Assembly: GCF_009914755.1 (NCBI RefSeq)
Contig: NC_060946.1
DNA: 64,000 nucleotides
Direction: 5' to 3' (one strand)
From: the human T2T-CHM13v2.0 reference genome, Homo sapiens
Positions within the stretch are counted from its first letter, which is position 1, and the number at the start of each line of letters is the position of its first letter. The notes under the pieces are model-generated. The model was not told where the DNA came from, did not search any database, and saw nothing but the letters and a program-made list of their open reading frames with translations. Position numbers and translations under genes: made by a program. Of the stretch, positions 12,961-25,913 are shown piece after piece.

Positions 12961-15900
12961 AGAGTGTTTCAAACCTACTCTGTGAAAGGGAATATTCAAC
13001 TCTGTGACTTGAATGCACATATCACAAAGAAGTTTCTGAGAATGCTTCTGTCGAGATTTTATATGAAGATATTCCCGTTTCCAACGAAATCCTGAAATCT
13101 ATCCAAATATCCCCTCGCAGATTCTACAAAAAGAGTGTTTCAAAACTGCTCTGTAAAAAGAAAGGTTCAACTCTGTTAGTTGAGTACACACATCACAAAC
13201 AAGTTTCACAGAATGCTTCTTTCTAGCTTGTAGGGGAAGATATTCCCTTTATCACCATGGGCCTCCAACCGTCCGAAACATCCACTTCCATATACTACAA
13301 AAAGAGCGTTTCAAACCTGCTCTATGAAAGGCAATGTTCAACTCTGTGACTTGAATGCAGACATCACAGAGCAGTTTCTGAGAATGCTTCTGTCTAGATT
13401 TTATAGGAAGATATTCCCGTTTCCAACGAAATCTTCACAGCTATCCAAATATCCACTTGCAGATTCTACAAAAAGAGTGTATCAAAACTGCTCTGTCAAA
13501 AGGAAGGTTCTTCTCTGTTAGGTGAGTGCATACGTCATAAAGGAGTTTCTGAGAATGTTTCTGTCTAGTGGTTATGGGAAGATATTTGCTTTTTCACCGT
13601 AGGCCTCAGAGCGCTCCAAATGTCCACTTGCACATACTACAAAAAGAGTGCTTCAAACCTGCTCTCTGAAACGGAATGTTCAACTCTATGAGTTGAATGC
13701 AAACATCACAAAGACGTTTCTGAGAATGCTTCTGTCTAGATTTGATATGAAGATATTCCCGTTTCCAACGAAATCTTCAAATCTATCCAAATGTCCACTT
13801 GCAGATTCAACAAAATGTGTTTTTCAGAACTGCTCTATCAAAAGAAAGATCCACCTCTGTTAGCTGAGTTCACACATCACAAACAAGTTTATGAGAATGC
13901 TTCTGTCTAGTTTTTATTTGAAGATATTTCCTTTCTCACCATAGACCTGAAAGCTGTCCTAATGTTCACTTCCAGATACTACAGAAAGAGTGTTTCAAAA
14001 CTGCTGTACGAAAGGGAATGTTCAACTCTGTGACTTGAATGCACACATCACAAAGAAGTTTCTGAGGATGCTGCTGTCTACTTTTTATACGTAATCCTGT
14101 TTCCAACGAAATCCTCCAAGCTATCCAAATATCCACTTGCAGATTCCACAGAAAGAATGTTTCAAAACTGCTCTGTCAATAGAAAGGTTCAACTCAGTTA
14201 GCTGCGTGCATATATCCCAAAGAAGATTCTGAGATTGCTTCTGTCTAGTTTTTATGGGAAGATATTTCCCTTTTCACCGTAGGCGTCAAGGCGCTCCAAA
14301 TGTCCACTTCCAGATACTACAAAAAGAGTGTTTCAAACCTAATCTGTGAAAGGGAATATTCAACTCTGTAACTTGAATGCACATATCACAAAGAAGTTTC
14401 TGAGAATGCTTCTGTCGAGATTTTATGTGAAGATATTCCCGTTTCCAACGAAATCCTGAAATCTATCCAAATATCCCCTCGCAGATTCTACAAAAAGAGT
14501 GTTTCAAAACTGCTCTGTAAAAAGAAAGGTTCAACTCTGTTAGTTGAGTACACACATCACAAACAAGTTTCACAGAATGCTTCTTTCTAGCTTGTAGGGG
14601 AAGATATTCCCTTCATCACCATGGGCCTCAAACCGTCCGAAACGTCCACTTCCATATACTACAAAAAGAGCGTTTCAAACCTGCTCTATGAAAGGCAATG
14701 TTCAACTCTGTGACTTGAATGCAGACATCACAGAGCAGTTTCTGAGAATGCTTCTGTCTAGATTTTATAGGAAGATATTCCCGTTTCCAACGAAATCTTC
14801 ACAGCTATCCAAATATCCACTTGCAGATTCTACAAAAAGAGTGTATCAAAACTGCTCTGTCAAAAGGAAGGTTCTTCTCTGTTAGGTGAGTGCATACGTC
14901 ATAAAGGAGTTTCTGAGAATGTTTCTGTCTAGTGGTTATGGGAAGATATTTGCTTTTTCACCGTAGGCCTCAGAGCGCTCCAAATGTCCACTTGCACATA
15001 CTACAAAAAGAGTGCTTCAAACCTGCTCTCTGAAACGGAATGTTCAACTCTATGAGTTGAATGCAAACATCACAAAGACGTTTCTGAGAATGCTTCTGTC
15101 TAGATTTGATATGAAGATATTCCCGTTTCCAACGAAATCTTCAAATCTATCCAAATGTCCACTTGCAGATTCAACAAAATGTGTTTTTCAGAACTGCTCT
15201 ATCAAAAGAAAGATCCACCTCTGTTAGCTGAGTTCACACATCACAAACAAGTTTATGAGAATGCTTCTGTCTAGTTTTTATTTGAAGATATTTCCTTTCT
15301 CACCATAGACCTGAAAGCTGTCCTAATGTTCACTTCCAGATACTACAGAAAGAGTGTTTCAAAACTGCTGTACGAAAGGGAATGTTCAACTCTGTGACTT
15401 GAATGCACACATCACAAAGAAGTTTCTGAGGATGCTGCTGTCTACTTTTTATACGTAATCTCGTTTCCAACGAAATCCTCCAAGCTATCCAAATATCCAC
15501 TTGCAGATTCCACAGAAAGACTGTTTCAAAACTGCTCTGTCTATAGAAAGGTTCAACTCTGTTAGCTGCGTGCATATATCCCAAAGACGATTCTGAGATT
15601 GCTTCTGTCTAGTTTTTATGGGAAGATATTTCCCTTTTCACCGTAGGCGTCAAGGCGCTCCAAATGTCCACTTCCAGATACTACAAAAAGAGTGTTTCAA
15701 ACCTACTCTGTGAAAGGGAATATTCAACTCTGTGACTTGAATGCAGATATCACAAAGAAGTTTCTGAGAATGCTTCTGTCGAGATTTTATATGAAGATAT
15801 TCCGGTTTCCAACGAAATCCTGAAATCTATCCAAATATCCCCTCGCAGATTCTACAAAAAGAGTGTTTCAAAACTGCTCTGTAAAAAGAAAGGTTCAACT

Positions 15901-18900
15901 CTGTTAGTTGAGTACACACATCACAAACAAGTTTCACAGAATGCTTCTTTCTAGCTTGTAGGGGAAGATATTCCCTTTATCACCATGGTCCTCAAACCGT
16001 CCGAAATGTCCACTTCCATATACTACAAAAAGAGCGTTTCAAACCTGCTCTAGGAAAGGCAATGTTCAACTCTGTGACTTGAATGCAGACATCACAGAGC
16101 AGTTTCTGAGAATGCTTCTGTCTAGATTTTATAGGAAGATATTCCCGTTTCCAACGAAATCTTCACAGCTATCCAAATATCCACTTGCAGATTCTACAAA
16201 AAGAGTGTATCAAAACTGCTCTGTCAAAAGGAAGGTTCTTCTCTGTTAGGTGAGTGCATACGTCATAAAGGAGTTTCTGAGAATGTTTCTGTCTAGTGGT
16301 TATGGGAAGATATTTGCTTTTTCACCGTAGGCCTCAGAGCGCTCCAAATATCCACTTGCACATACTACAAAAAGAGTGCCTCAAAGCTGCTCTCTGAAAC
16401 GGAATGTTCAACTCTATGAGTTGAATGCAAACATCACAAAGACGTTTCTGAGAATGCTTCTGTCTAGATTTGATATGAAGATATTCCCGTTTCCAACGAA
16501 ATCTTCAAATCTATCCAAATGTCCACTTGCATAATCAACAAAAAGTGTTTTTCAGAACTGCTCTATCAAAAGAAAGATCCACCTCTGTTAGCTGAGTTCA
16601 CACATCACAAACAAGTTTATGAGAATGCTTCTGTCTAGTTTTTATTTGAAGATATTTCCTTTCTCACCATAGACCTGAAAGCTGTCCTAATGTTCACTTC
16701 CAGATACTACAGAAAGAGTGTTTCAAAACTGCTGTACGAAAGGGAATGTTCAACTCTGTGACTTGAATGCACACATCACAAAGAAGTTTCTGAGGATGCT
16801 GCTGTCTACTTTTTATACGTAATCCCGTTTCCAACGAAATCCTCCAAGCTATCCAAATATCCACTTGCAGATTCCACAGAAAGACTGTTTCAAAACTGCT
16901 CTGTCAATAGAAAGGTTCAACTCTGTTAGCTGCGTGCATATATCCCAAAGAAGATTCTGAGATTGCTTCTGTCTAGTTTTTATGGGAAGATATTTCCCTT
17001 TTCACCGTAGGCGTCAAGGCGCTCCAAATGTCCACTTCCAGATACTACAAAAAGAGTGTTTCAAACCTACTCTGTGAAAGCGAATATTCAACTCTGTGAC
17101 TTGAATGCACATATCACAAAGAAGTTTCTGAGAATGCTTCTGTCGAGATTTTATATGAAGATATTCCCGTTTCCAACGAAATCCTGAAATCTATCCAAAT
17201 ATCCCCTCGCAGATTCTACAAAAAGAGTGTTTCAAAACTGCTCTGTAAAAAGAAAGGTTCAACTCTGTTAGTTGAGTACACACATCACAAACAAGTTTCA
17301 CAGAATGCTTCTTTCTAGCTTGTAGGGGAAGATATTCCCTTTATCACCATGGTCCTCAAACCGTCCGAAACGTCCACTTCCATATACTACAAAAAGAGCG
17401 TTTCAAACCTGCTCTAGGAAAGGCAATGTTCAACTCTGTGACTTGAATGCAGACATCACAGAACAGTTTCTGAGAATGCTTCTGTCTAGATTTTATAGGA
17501 AGATATTCCCGTTTCCAACGAAATCTTCACAGCTATCCAAATATCCACTTGCAGATTCTACAAAAAGAGTGTATCAAAACTGCTCTGTCAAAAGGAAGGT
17601 TCTTCTCTGTTAGGTGAGTGCATACGTCATAAAGGAGTTTCTGAGAATGTTTCTGTCTAGTGGTTATGGGAAGATATTTGCTTTTTCACCGTAGGCCTCA
17701 GAGCGCTCCAAATATCCACTTGCACATACTACAAAAAGAGTGCCTCAAAGCTGCTCTCTGAAACGGAATGTTCAACTCTATGAGTTGAATGCAAACATCA
17801 CAAAGACGTTTCTGAGAATGCTTCTGTCTAGATTTGATATGAAGATATTCCCGTTTCCAACGAAATCTTCAAATCTATCCAAATGTCCACTTGCAGATTC
17901 AACAAAAAGTGTTTTTCAGAACTGCTCTATCAAAAGAAAGATCCACCTCTGTTAGCTGAGTTCACACATCACAAACAAGTTTATGAGAATGCTTCTGTCT
18001 AGTTTTTATTTGAAGATATTTCCTTTCTCACCATAGACCTGAAAGCTGTCCTAATGTTCACTTCCAGATACTACAGAAAGAGTGTTTCAAAACTGCTGTA
18101 CGAAAGGGAATGTTCAACTCTGTGACTTGAATGCACACATCACAAAGAAGTTTCTGAGGATGCTGCTGTCTACTTTTTATACGTAATCCCGTTTCCAACG
18201 AAATCCTCCAAGCTATCCAAATATCCACTTGCAGATTCCACAGAAAGACTGTATCAAAACTGCTCTGTCAATAGAAAGGTTCAACTCTGTTAGCTGCGTG
18301 CATATATCCCAAAGAAGATTCTGAGATTGCTTCTGTCTAGTTTTTATGGGAAGATATTTCCGTTTTCACCGTAGGCATCAAGGCGCTCCAAATGTCCACT
18401 TCCAGATACTACAAAAAGAGTGTTTCAAACCTACTCTGTGAAAGCGAATATTCAACTCTGTGACTTGAATGCACATATCACAAAGAAGTTTCTGAGAATG
18501 CTTCTGTCGAGATTTTATATGAAGATATTCCCGTTTCCAACGAAATCCTGAAATCTATCCAAATATCCCCTCGCAGATTCTACAAAAAGAGTGTTTCAAA
18601 ACTGCTCTGTAAAAAGAAAGGTTCAACTCTGTTAGTTGAGTACACACATCACAAACAAGTTTCACAGAATGCTTCTTTCTAGCTTGTAGGGGAAGATATT
18701 CCCTTTATCACCATGGGCCTCCTACCGTCCGAAACGTCCACTTCCATATACTACCAAAAGAGCGTTTCAAACCTGCTCTAGGAAAGGCAATGTTCAACTC
18801 TGTGACTTGAATGCAGACATCACAGAGCAGTTTCTGAGAATGCTTCTGTCTAGATTTTATAGGAAGATATTCCCGTTTCCAACGAAATCTTCACAGCTAT

Positions 18901-21900
18901 CCAAATATCCACTTGCAGATTCTACAAAAAGAGTGTATCAAAACTGCTCTGTCAAAAGGAAGGTTCTTCTCTGTTAGGTGAGTGCATACGTCATAAAGGA
19001 GTTTCTGAGAATGTTTCTGTCTAGTGGTTATGGGAAGATATTTGCTTTTTCACCGTAGGCCTCAGAGCGCTCCAAATATCCACTTGCACATACTACAAAA
19101 AGAGTGCCTCAAAGCTGCTCTCTGAAACGGAATGTTCAACTCTATGAGTTGAATGCAAACATCACAAAGACGTTTCTGAGAATGCTTCTGTCTAGATTTG
19201 ATATGAAGATATTCCCGTTTCCAACGAAATCTTCAAATCTATCCAAATGTCCACTTGCATAATCAACAAAAAGTGTTTTTCAGAACTGCTCTATCAAAAG
19301 AAAGATCCACCTCTGTTAGCTGAGTTCACACATCACAAACAAGTTTATGAGAATGCTTCTGTCTAGTTTTTATTTGAAGATATTTCCTTTCTCACCATAG
19401 ACCTGAAAGGTGTCCTAATGTTCACTTCCAGATACTACAGAAAGAGTGTTTAAAAACTGCTGTACGAAAGGGAATGTTCAACTCTGTGACTTGAATGCAC
19501 ACATCACAAAGAAGTTTCTGAGGATGCTGCTGTCTACTTTTTATACGTAATCCCGTTTCCAACGAAATCCTCCAAGCTATCCAAATATCCACTTGCAGAT
19601 TCCACAGAAAGACTGTTTCAAAACTGCTCTGTCAATAGAAAGGTTCAACTCTGTTAGCTGCGTGCATATATCCCAAAGAAGATTCTGAGATTGCTTCTGT
19701 CTAGTTTTTATGGGAAGATATTTCCCTTTTCACCGTAGGCGTCAAGGCGCTCCAAATGTCCACTTCCAGATACTACAAAAAGAGTGTTTCAAACCTACTC
19801 TGTGAAAGGGAATATTCAACTCTGTGACTTGAATGCACATATCACAAAGAAGTTTCTGAGAATGCTTCTGTCGAGATTTTATATGAAGATGTTCCCGTTT
19901 CCAACGAAATCCTGAAATCTATCCAAATATCACCTCGCAGATTCTACAAAAAGAGTGTTTCAAAACTGCTCTGTAAAAAGAAAGCTTCAACTCTGTTACT
20001 TGAGTACACACATCACAAACAAGTTTCACAGAATGCTTCTTTCTAGCTTGTAGGGGAAGATATTCCCTTTATCACCATGGTCCTCAAACCGTCTGAAACG
20101 TCCACTTCCATATACTACAAAAAGAGCGTTTCAAACCTGCTCTATGAAAGGCAATGTTCAACTCTGTGACTTGAATGCAGACATCACAGAGCAGTTTCTG
20201 AGAATGCTTCTGTCTAGATTTTATAGGAAGATATTCCCGTTTCCAACGAAATCTTCACAGCTATCCAAATATCCACTTGCAGATTCTACAAAAAGAGTGT
20301 ATCAAAACTGCTCTGTCAAAAGGAAGGTTCTTCTCTGTTAGGTGAGTGCATACGTCATAAAGGAGTTTCTGAGAATGTTTCTGTCTAGTGGTTATGGGAA
20401 GATATTTGCTTTTTCACCGTAGGCCTCAGAGCGCTCCAAATATCCACTTGCACATACTACAAAAAGAGTGCCTCAAAGCTGCTCTCTGAAACGGAATGTT
20501 CAACTCTATGAGTTGAATGCAAACATCACAAAGACGTTTCTGAGAATGCTTCTGTCTAGATTTGATATGAAGATATTCCCGTTTCCAACGAAATCTTCAA
20601 ATCTATCCAAATGTCCACTTGCATAATCAACAAAAAGTGTTTTTCAGAACTGCTCTATCAAAAGAAAGATCCACCTCTGTTAGCTGAGTTCACACATCAC
20701 AAACAAGTTTATGAGAATGCTTCTGTCTAGTTTTTATTTGAAGATATTTCCTTTCTCACCATAGACCTGAAAGCTGTCCTAATGTTCACTTCCAGATACT
20801 ACAGAAAGAGTGTTTCAAAACTGCTGTACGAAAGGGAATGTTCAACTCTGTGACTTGAATGCACACATCACAAAGAAGTTTCTGAGGATGCTGCTGTCTA
20901 CTTTTTATACGTAATCCCGTTTCCAACGAAATCCTCCAAGCTATCCAAACATCCACTTGCAGATTCCACAGAAAGACTGTTTCAAAACTGCTCTGTCAAT
21001 AGAAAGGTTCAACTCTGTTAGCTGCGTGCATATATCCCAAAGAAGATTCTGAGATTGCTTCTGTCTAGTTTTTATGGGAAGATATTTCCCTTTTCACCGT
21101 AGGCGTCAAGGCGCTCCAAATGTCCACTTCCAGATACTACAAAAAGAGTGTTTCAAACCTACTCTGTGAAAGCGAATATTCAACTCTGTGACTTGAATGC
21201 ACATATCACAAAGAAGTTTCTGAGAATGCTTCTGTCGAGATTTTATATGAAGATATTCCCGTTTCCAACGAAATCCTGAAATCTATCCAAATATCCCCTC
21301 GCAGATTCTACAAAAAGAGTGTTTCAAAACTGCTCTGTAAAAAGAAAGGTTCAACTCTGTTAGTTGAGTACACACATCACAAACAAGTTTCACAGAATGC
21401 TTCTTTCTAGCTTGTAGGGGAAGATATTCCCTTTATCACCATGGGCCTCCAACCGTCCGAAACGTCCACTTCCATATACTACCAAAAGAGCGTTTCAAAC
21501 CTGCTCTAGGAAAGGCAATGTTCAACTCTGTGACTTGAATGCAGACATCACAGAGCAGTTTCTGAGAATGCTTCTGTCTAGATTTTATAGGAAGATATTC
21601 CCGTTTCCAACGAAATCTTCACAGCTATCCAAATATCCACTTGCAGATTCTACAAAAAGAGTGTATCAAAACTGCTCTGTCAAAAGGAAGGTTCTTCTCT
21701 GTTAGGTGAGTGCATACGTCATAAAGGAGTTTCTGAGAATGTTTCTGTCTAGTGGTTATGGGAAGATATTTGCTTTTTCACCGTAGGCCTCAGAGCGCTC
21801 CAAATATCCACTTGCACATACTACAAAAAGGGTGCCTCAAAGCTGCTCTTTGAAACGGAATGTTCAACTCTATGAGTTGAATGCAAACATCACAAAGACG

Positions 21901-24900
21901 TTTCTGAGAATGCTTCTGTCTAGATTTGATATGAAGATATTCCCGTTTCCAACGAAATCTTCAAATCTATCCAAATGTCCACTTGCAGATTCAACAAAAA
22001 GTGTTTTTCAGAACTGCTCTATCAAAAGAAAGATCCACCTCTGTTAGCTGAGTTCACACATCACAAACAAGTTTATGAGAATGCTTCTGTCTAGTTTTTA
22101 TTTGAAGATATTTCCTTTCTCACCATAGACCTGAAAGCTGTCCTAATGTTCACTTCCAGATACTACAGAAAGAGTGTTTCAAAACTGCTGTACGAAAGGG
22201 AATGTTCAACTCTGTGACTTGAATGCACACATCACAAAGAAGTTTCTGAGGATGCTGCTGTCTACTTTTTATACGTAATCCCGTTTCCAACGAAATCCTC
22301 CAAGCTATCCAAATATCCACTTGCAGATTCCACAGAAAGACTGTTTCAAAACTGCTCTGTCAATAGAAAGGTTCAACTCTGTTAGCTGCGTGCATATATC
22401 CCAAAGAAGATTCTGAGATTGCTTCTGTCTAGTTTTTATGGGAAGATATTTCCCTTTTCACCGTAGGCGTCAAGGCGCTCCAAATGTCCACTTCCAGACA
22501 CTACAAAAAGAGTGTTTCAAACCTACTCTGTGAAAGGGAATATTCAACTCTGTGACTTGAATGCACATATCACAAAGAAGTTTCTGATAATGCTTCTGTC
22601 GAGATTTTATATGAAGATATTCCCGTTTCCAACGAAATCCTGAAATCTATCCAAATATCCCCTCGCAGATTCTACAAAAAGAGTGTTTCAAAACTGCTCT
22701 GTAAAAAGAAAGGTTCAACTCTGTTACTTGAGTACACACATCACAAACAAGTTTCACAGAATGCTTCTTTCTAGCTTGTAGGGGAAGATATTCCCATTAT
22801 CACCATGGTCCTCAAACCGTCCGAAACGTCCACTTCCATATACTACAAAAAGAGCGTTTCAAACCTGCTCTAGGAAAGGCAATGTTCAACTCTGTGACTT
22901 GAATGCAGACATCACAGAGCAGTTTCTGAGAATGCTTCTGTCTAGATTTTATAGGAAGATATTCCCGTTTCCAACGAAATCTTCACAGCTATCCAAATAT
23001 CCACTTGCAGATTCTACAAAAAGAGTGTATCAAAACTGCTCTGTCAAAAGGAAGGTTCTTCTCTGTTAGGTGAGTGCATACGTCATAAAGGAGTTTCTGA
23101 GAATGTTTCTGTCTAGTGGTTATGGGAAGATATTTGCTTTTTCACCATAGGCCTCAGAGCGCTCCAAATATCCACTTGCACATACTACAAAAAGAGTGCC
23201 TCAAAGCTGCTCTCTGAAACGGAATGTTCAACTCTATGAGTTGAATGCAAACATCACAAAGACGTTTCTGAGAATGCTTCTGTCTAGATTTGATATGAAG
23301 ATATTCCCGTTTCCAACGAAATCTTCAAATCTATCCAAATGTCCACTTGCATAATCAACAAAAAGTGTTTTTCAGAACTGCTCTATCAAAAGAAAGATCC
23401 ACCTCTGTTAGCTGAGTTCACACATCACAAACAAGTTTATGAGAATGCTTCTGTCTAGTTTTTATTTGAAGATATTTCCTTTCTCACCATAGACCTGAAA
23501 GCTGTCCTAATGTTCACTTCCAGATACTACAGAAAGAGTGTTTCAAAACTGCTGTACGAAAGGGAATGTTCAACTCTGTGACTTGAATGCACACATCACA
23601 AAGAAGTTTCTGAGGATGCTGCTGTCTACTTTTTATACGTAATCCCGTTTCCAACGAAATCCTCCAAGCTATCCAAATATCCACTTGCAGATTCCACAGA
23701 AAGACTGTTTCAAAACTGCTCTGTCAATAGAAAGGTTCAACTCTGTTAGCTGCGTGCATATATCCCAAAGAAGATTCTGAGATTGCTTCTGTCTAGTTTT
23801 TATGGGAAGATATTTCCCTTTTCACCGTAGGCGTCAAGGCGCTCCAAATGTCCACTTCCAGATACTACAAAAAGAGTGTTTCAAACCTACTCTGTGAAAG
23901 CGAATATTCAACTCTGTGACTTGAATGCACATATCACAAAGAAGTTTCTGAGAATGCTTCTGTCGAGATTTTATATGAAGATATTCCCGTTTCCAACGAA
24001 ATCCTGAAATCTATCCAAATATCCCCTCGCAGATTCTACAAAAAGAGTGTTTCAAAACTGCTCTGTAAAAAGAAAGGTTCAACTCTGTTAGTTGAGTACA
24101 CACATCACAAAGAAGTTTCACAGAATGTTTCTTTCTAGCTTGTAGGGGAAGATATTCCCTTTATCACCATGGGCCTCCAACCGTCCGAAACGTCCACTTC
24201 CATATACTACAAAAAGAGCGTTTCAAACCTGCTCTAGGAAAGGCAATGTTCAACTCTGTGACTTGAATGCAGACATCACAGAGCAGTTTCTGAGAATGCT
24301 TCTGTCTAGATTTTATAGGAAGATATTCCCGTTTCCAACGAAATCTTCACAGCTATCCAAATATCCACTTGCAGATTCTACAAAAAGAGTGTATCAAAAC
24401 TGCTCTGTCAAAAGGAAGGTTCTTCTCTGTTAGGTGAGTGCATACGTCATAAAGGAGTTTCTGAGAATGTTTCTGTCTAGTGGTTATGGGAAGATATTTG
24501 CTTTTTCACCGTAGGCCTCAGAGCGCTCCAAATATCCACTTGCACATACTACAAAAAGAGTGCCTCAAAGCTGCTCTTTGAAACGGAATGTTCAACTCTA
24601 TGAGTTGAATGCAAACATCACAAAGACGTTTCTGAGAATGCTTCTGTCTAGATTTGATATGAAGATATTCCCGTTTCCAACGAAATCTTCAAATCTATCC
24701 AAATGTCCACTTGCAGATTCAACAAAAAGTGTTTTTCAGAACTGCTCTATCAAAAGAAAGATCCACCTCTGTTAGCTGAGTTCACACATCACAAACAAGT
24801 TTATGAGAATGCTTCTGTCTAGTTTTTATTTGAAGATATTTCCTTTCTCACCATAGACCTGAAAGGTGTCCTAATGTTCACTTCCAGATACTACAGAAAG

Positions 24901-25913
24901 AGTGTTTAAAAACTGCTGTACGAAAGGGAATGTTCAACTCTGTGACTTGAATGCACACATCACAAAGAAGTTTCTGAGGATGCTGCTGTCTACTTTTTAT
25001 ACGTAATCCCGTTTCCAACGAAATCCTCCAAGCTATCCAAATATCCACTTGCAGATTCCACAGAAAGACTGTTTCAAAACTGCTCTGTCAATAGAAAGGT
25101 TCAACTCTGTTAGCTGCGTGCATATATCCCAAAGAAGATTCTGAGATTGCTTCTGTCTAGTTTTTATGGGAAGATATTTCCCTTTTCACCGTAGGCGTCA
25201 AGGCGCTCCAAATGTCCACTTCCAGATACTACAAAAAGAGTGTTTCAAACCTACTCTGTGAAAGGGAATATTCAACTCTGTGACTTGAATGCACATATCA
25301 CAAAGAAGTTTCTGAGAATGCTTCTGTCGAGATTTTATATGAAGATATTCCCGTTTCCAACGAAATCCTGAAATCTATCCAAATATCCCCTCGCAGATTC
25401 TACAAAAAGAGTGTTTCAAAACTGCTCTGTAAAAAGAAAGGTTCAACTCTGTTACTTGAGTACACACATCACAAACAAGTTTCACAGAATGCTTCTTTCT
25501 AGCTTGTAGGGGAAGATATTCCCTTTATCACCATGGTCCTCAAACCGTCCGAAACGTCCACTTTCATATACTACAAAAAGAGCGTTTCAAACCTGCTCTA
25601 GGAAAGGCAATGTTCAACTCTGTGACTTGAATGCAGACATCACAGAGCAGTTTCTGAGAATGCTTCTGTCTAGATTTTATAGGAAGGTATTCCCGTTTCC
25701 AACGAAATCTTCACAGCTATCCAAATATCCACTTGCAGATTCTACAAAAAGAGTGTATCAAAACTGCTCTGTCAAAAGGAAGGTTCTTCTCTGTTAGGTG
25801 AGTGCATACGTCATAAAGGAGTTTCTGAGAATGTTTCTGTCTAGTGGTTATGGGAAGATATTTGCTTTTTCACCGTAGGCCTCAGAGCGCTCCAAATATC
25901 CACTTGCACATAC

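Larger units (their letters stand above)
1..25913. repeat. 19-HOR macro-repeat, copy 1 (period 25,913 bp; true left edge lies outside the window)
   Basis: Rare variants and indels recur at +25,913 (ORF pairs 1375/27288, 3228/29141, 11942/37855, 15330/41243, 21832/47745). 19 x 1,364 - 3 = 25,913, and the 3 bp are explained by deletions at about 4443 (2 bp) and about 11835 (1 bp). Confidence 0.96.
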
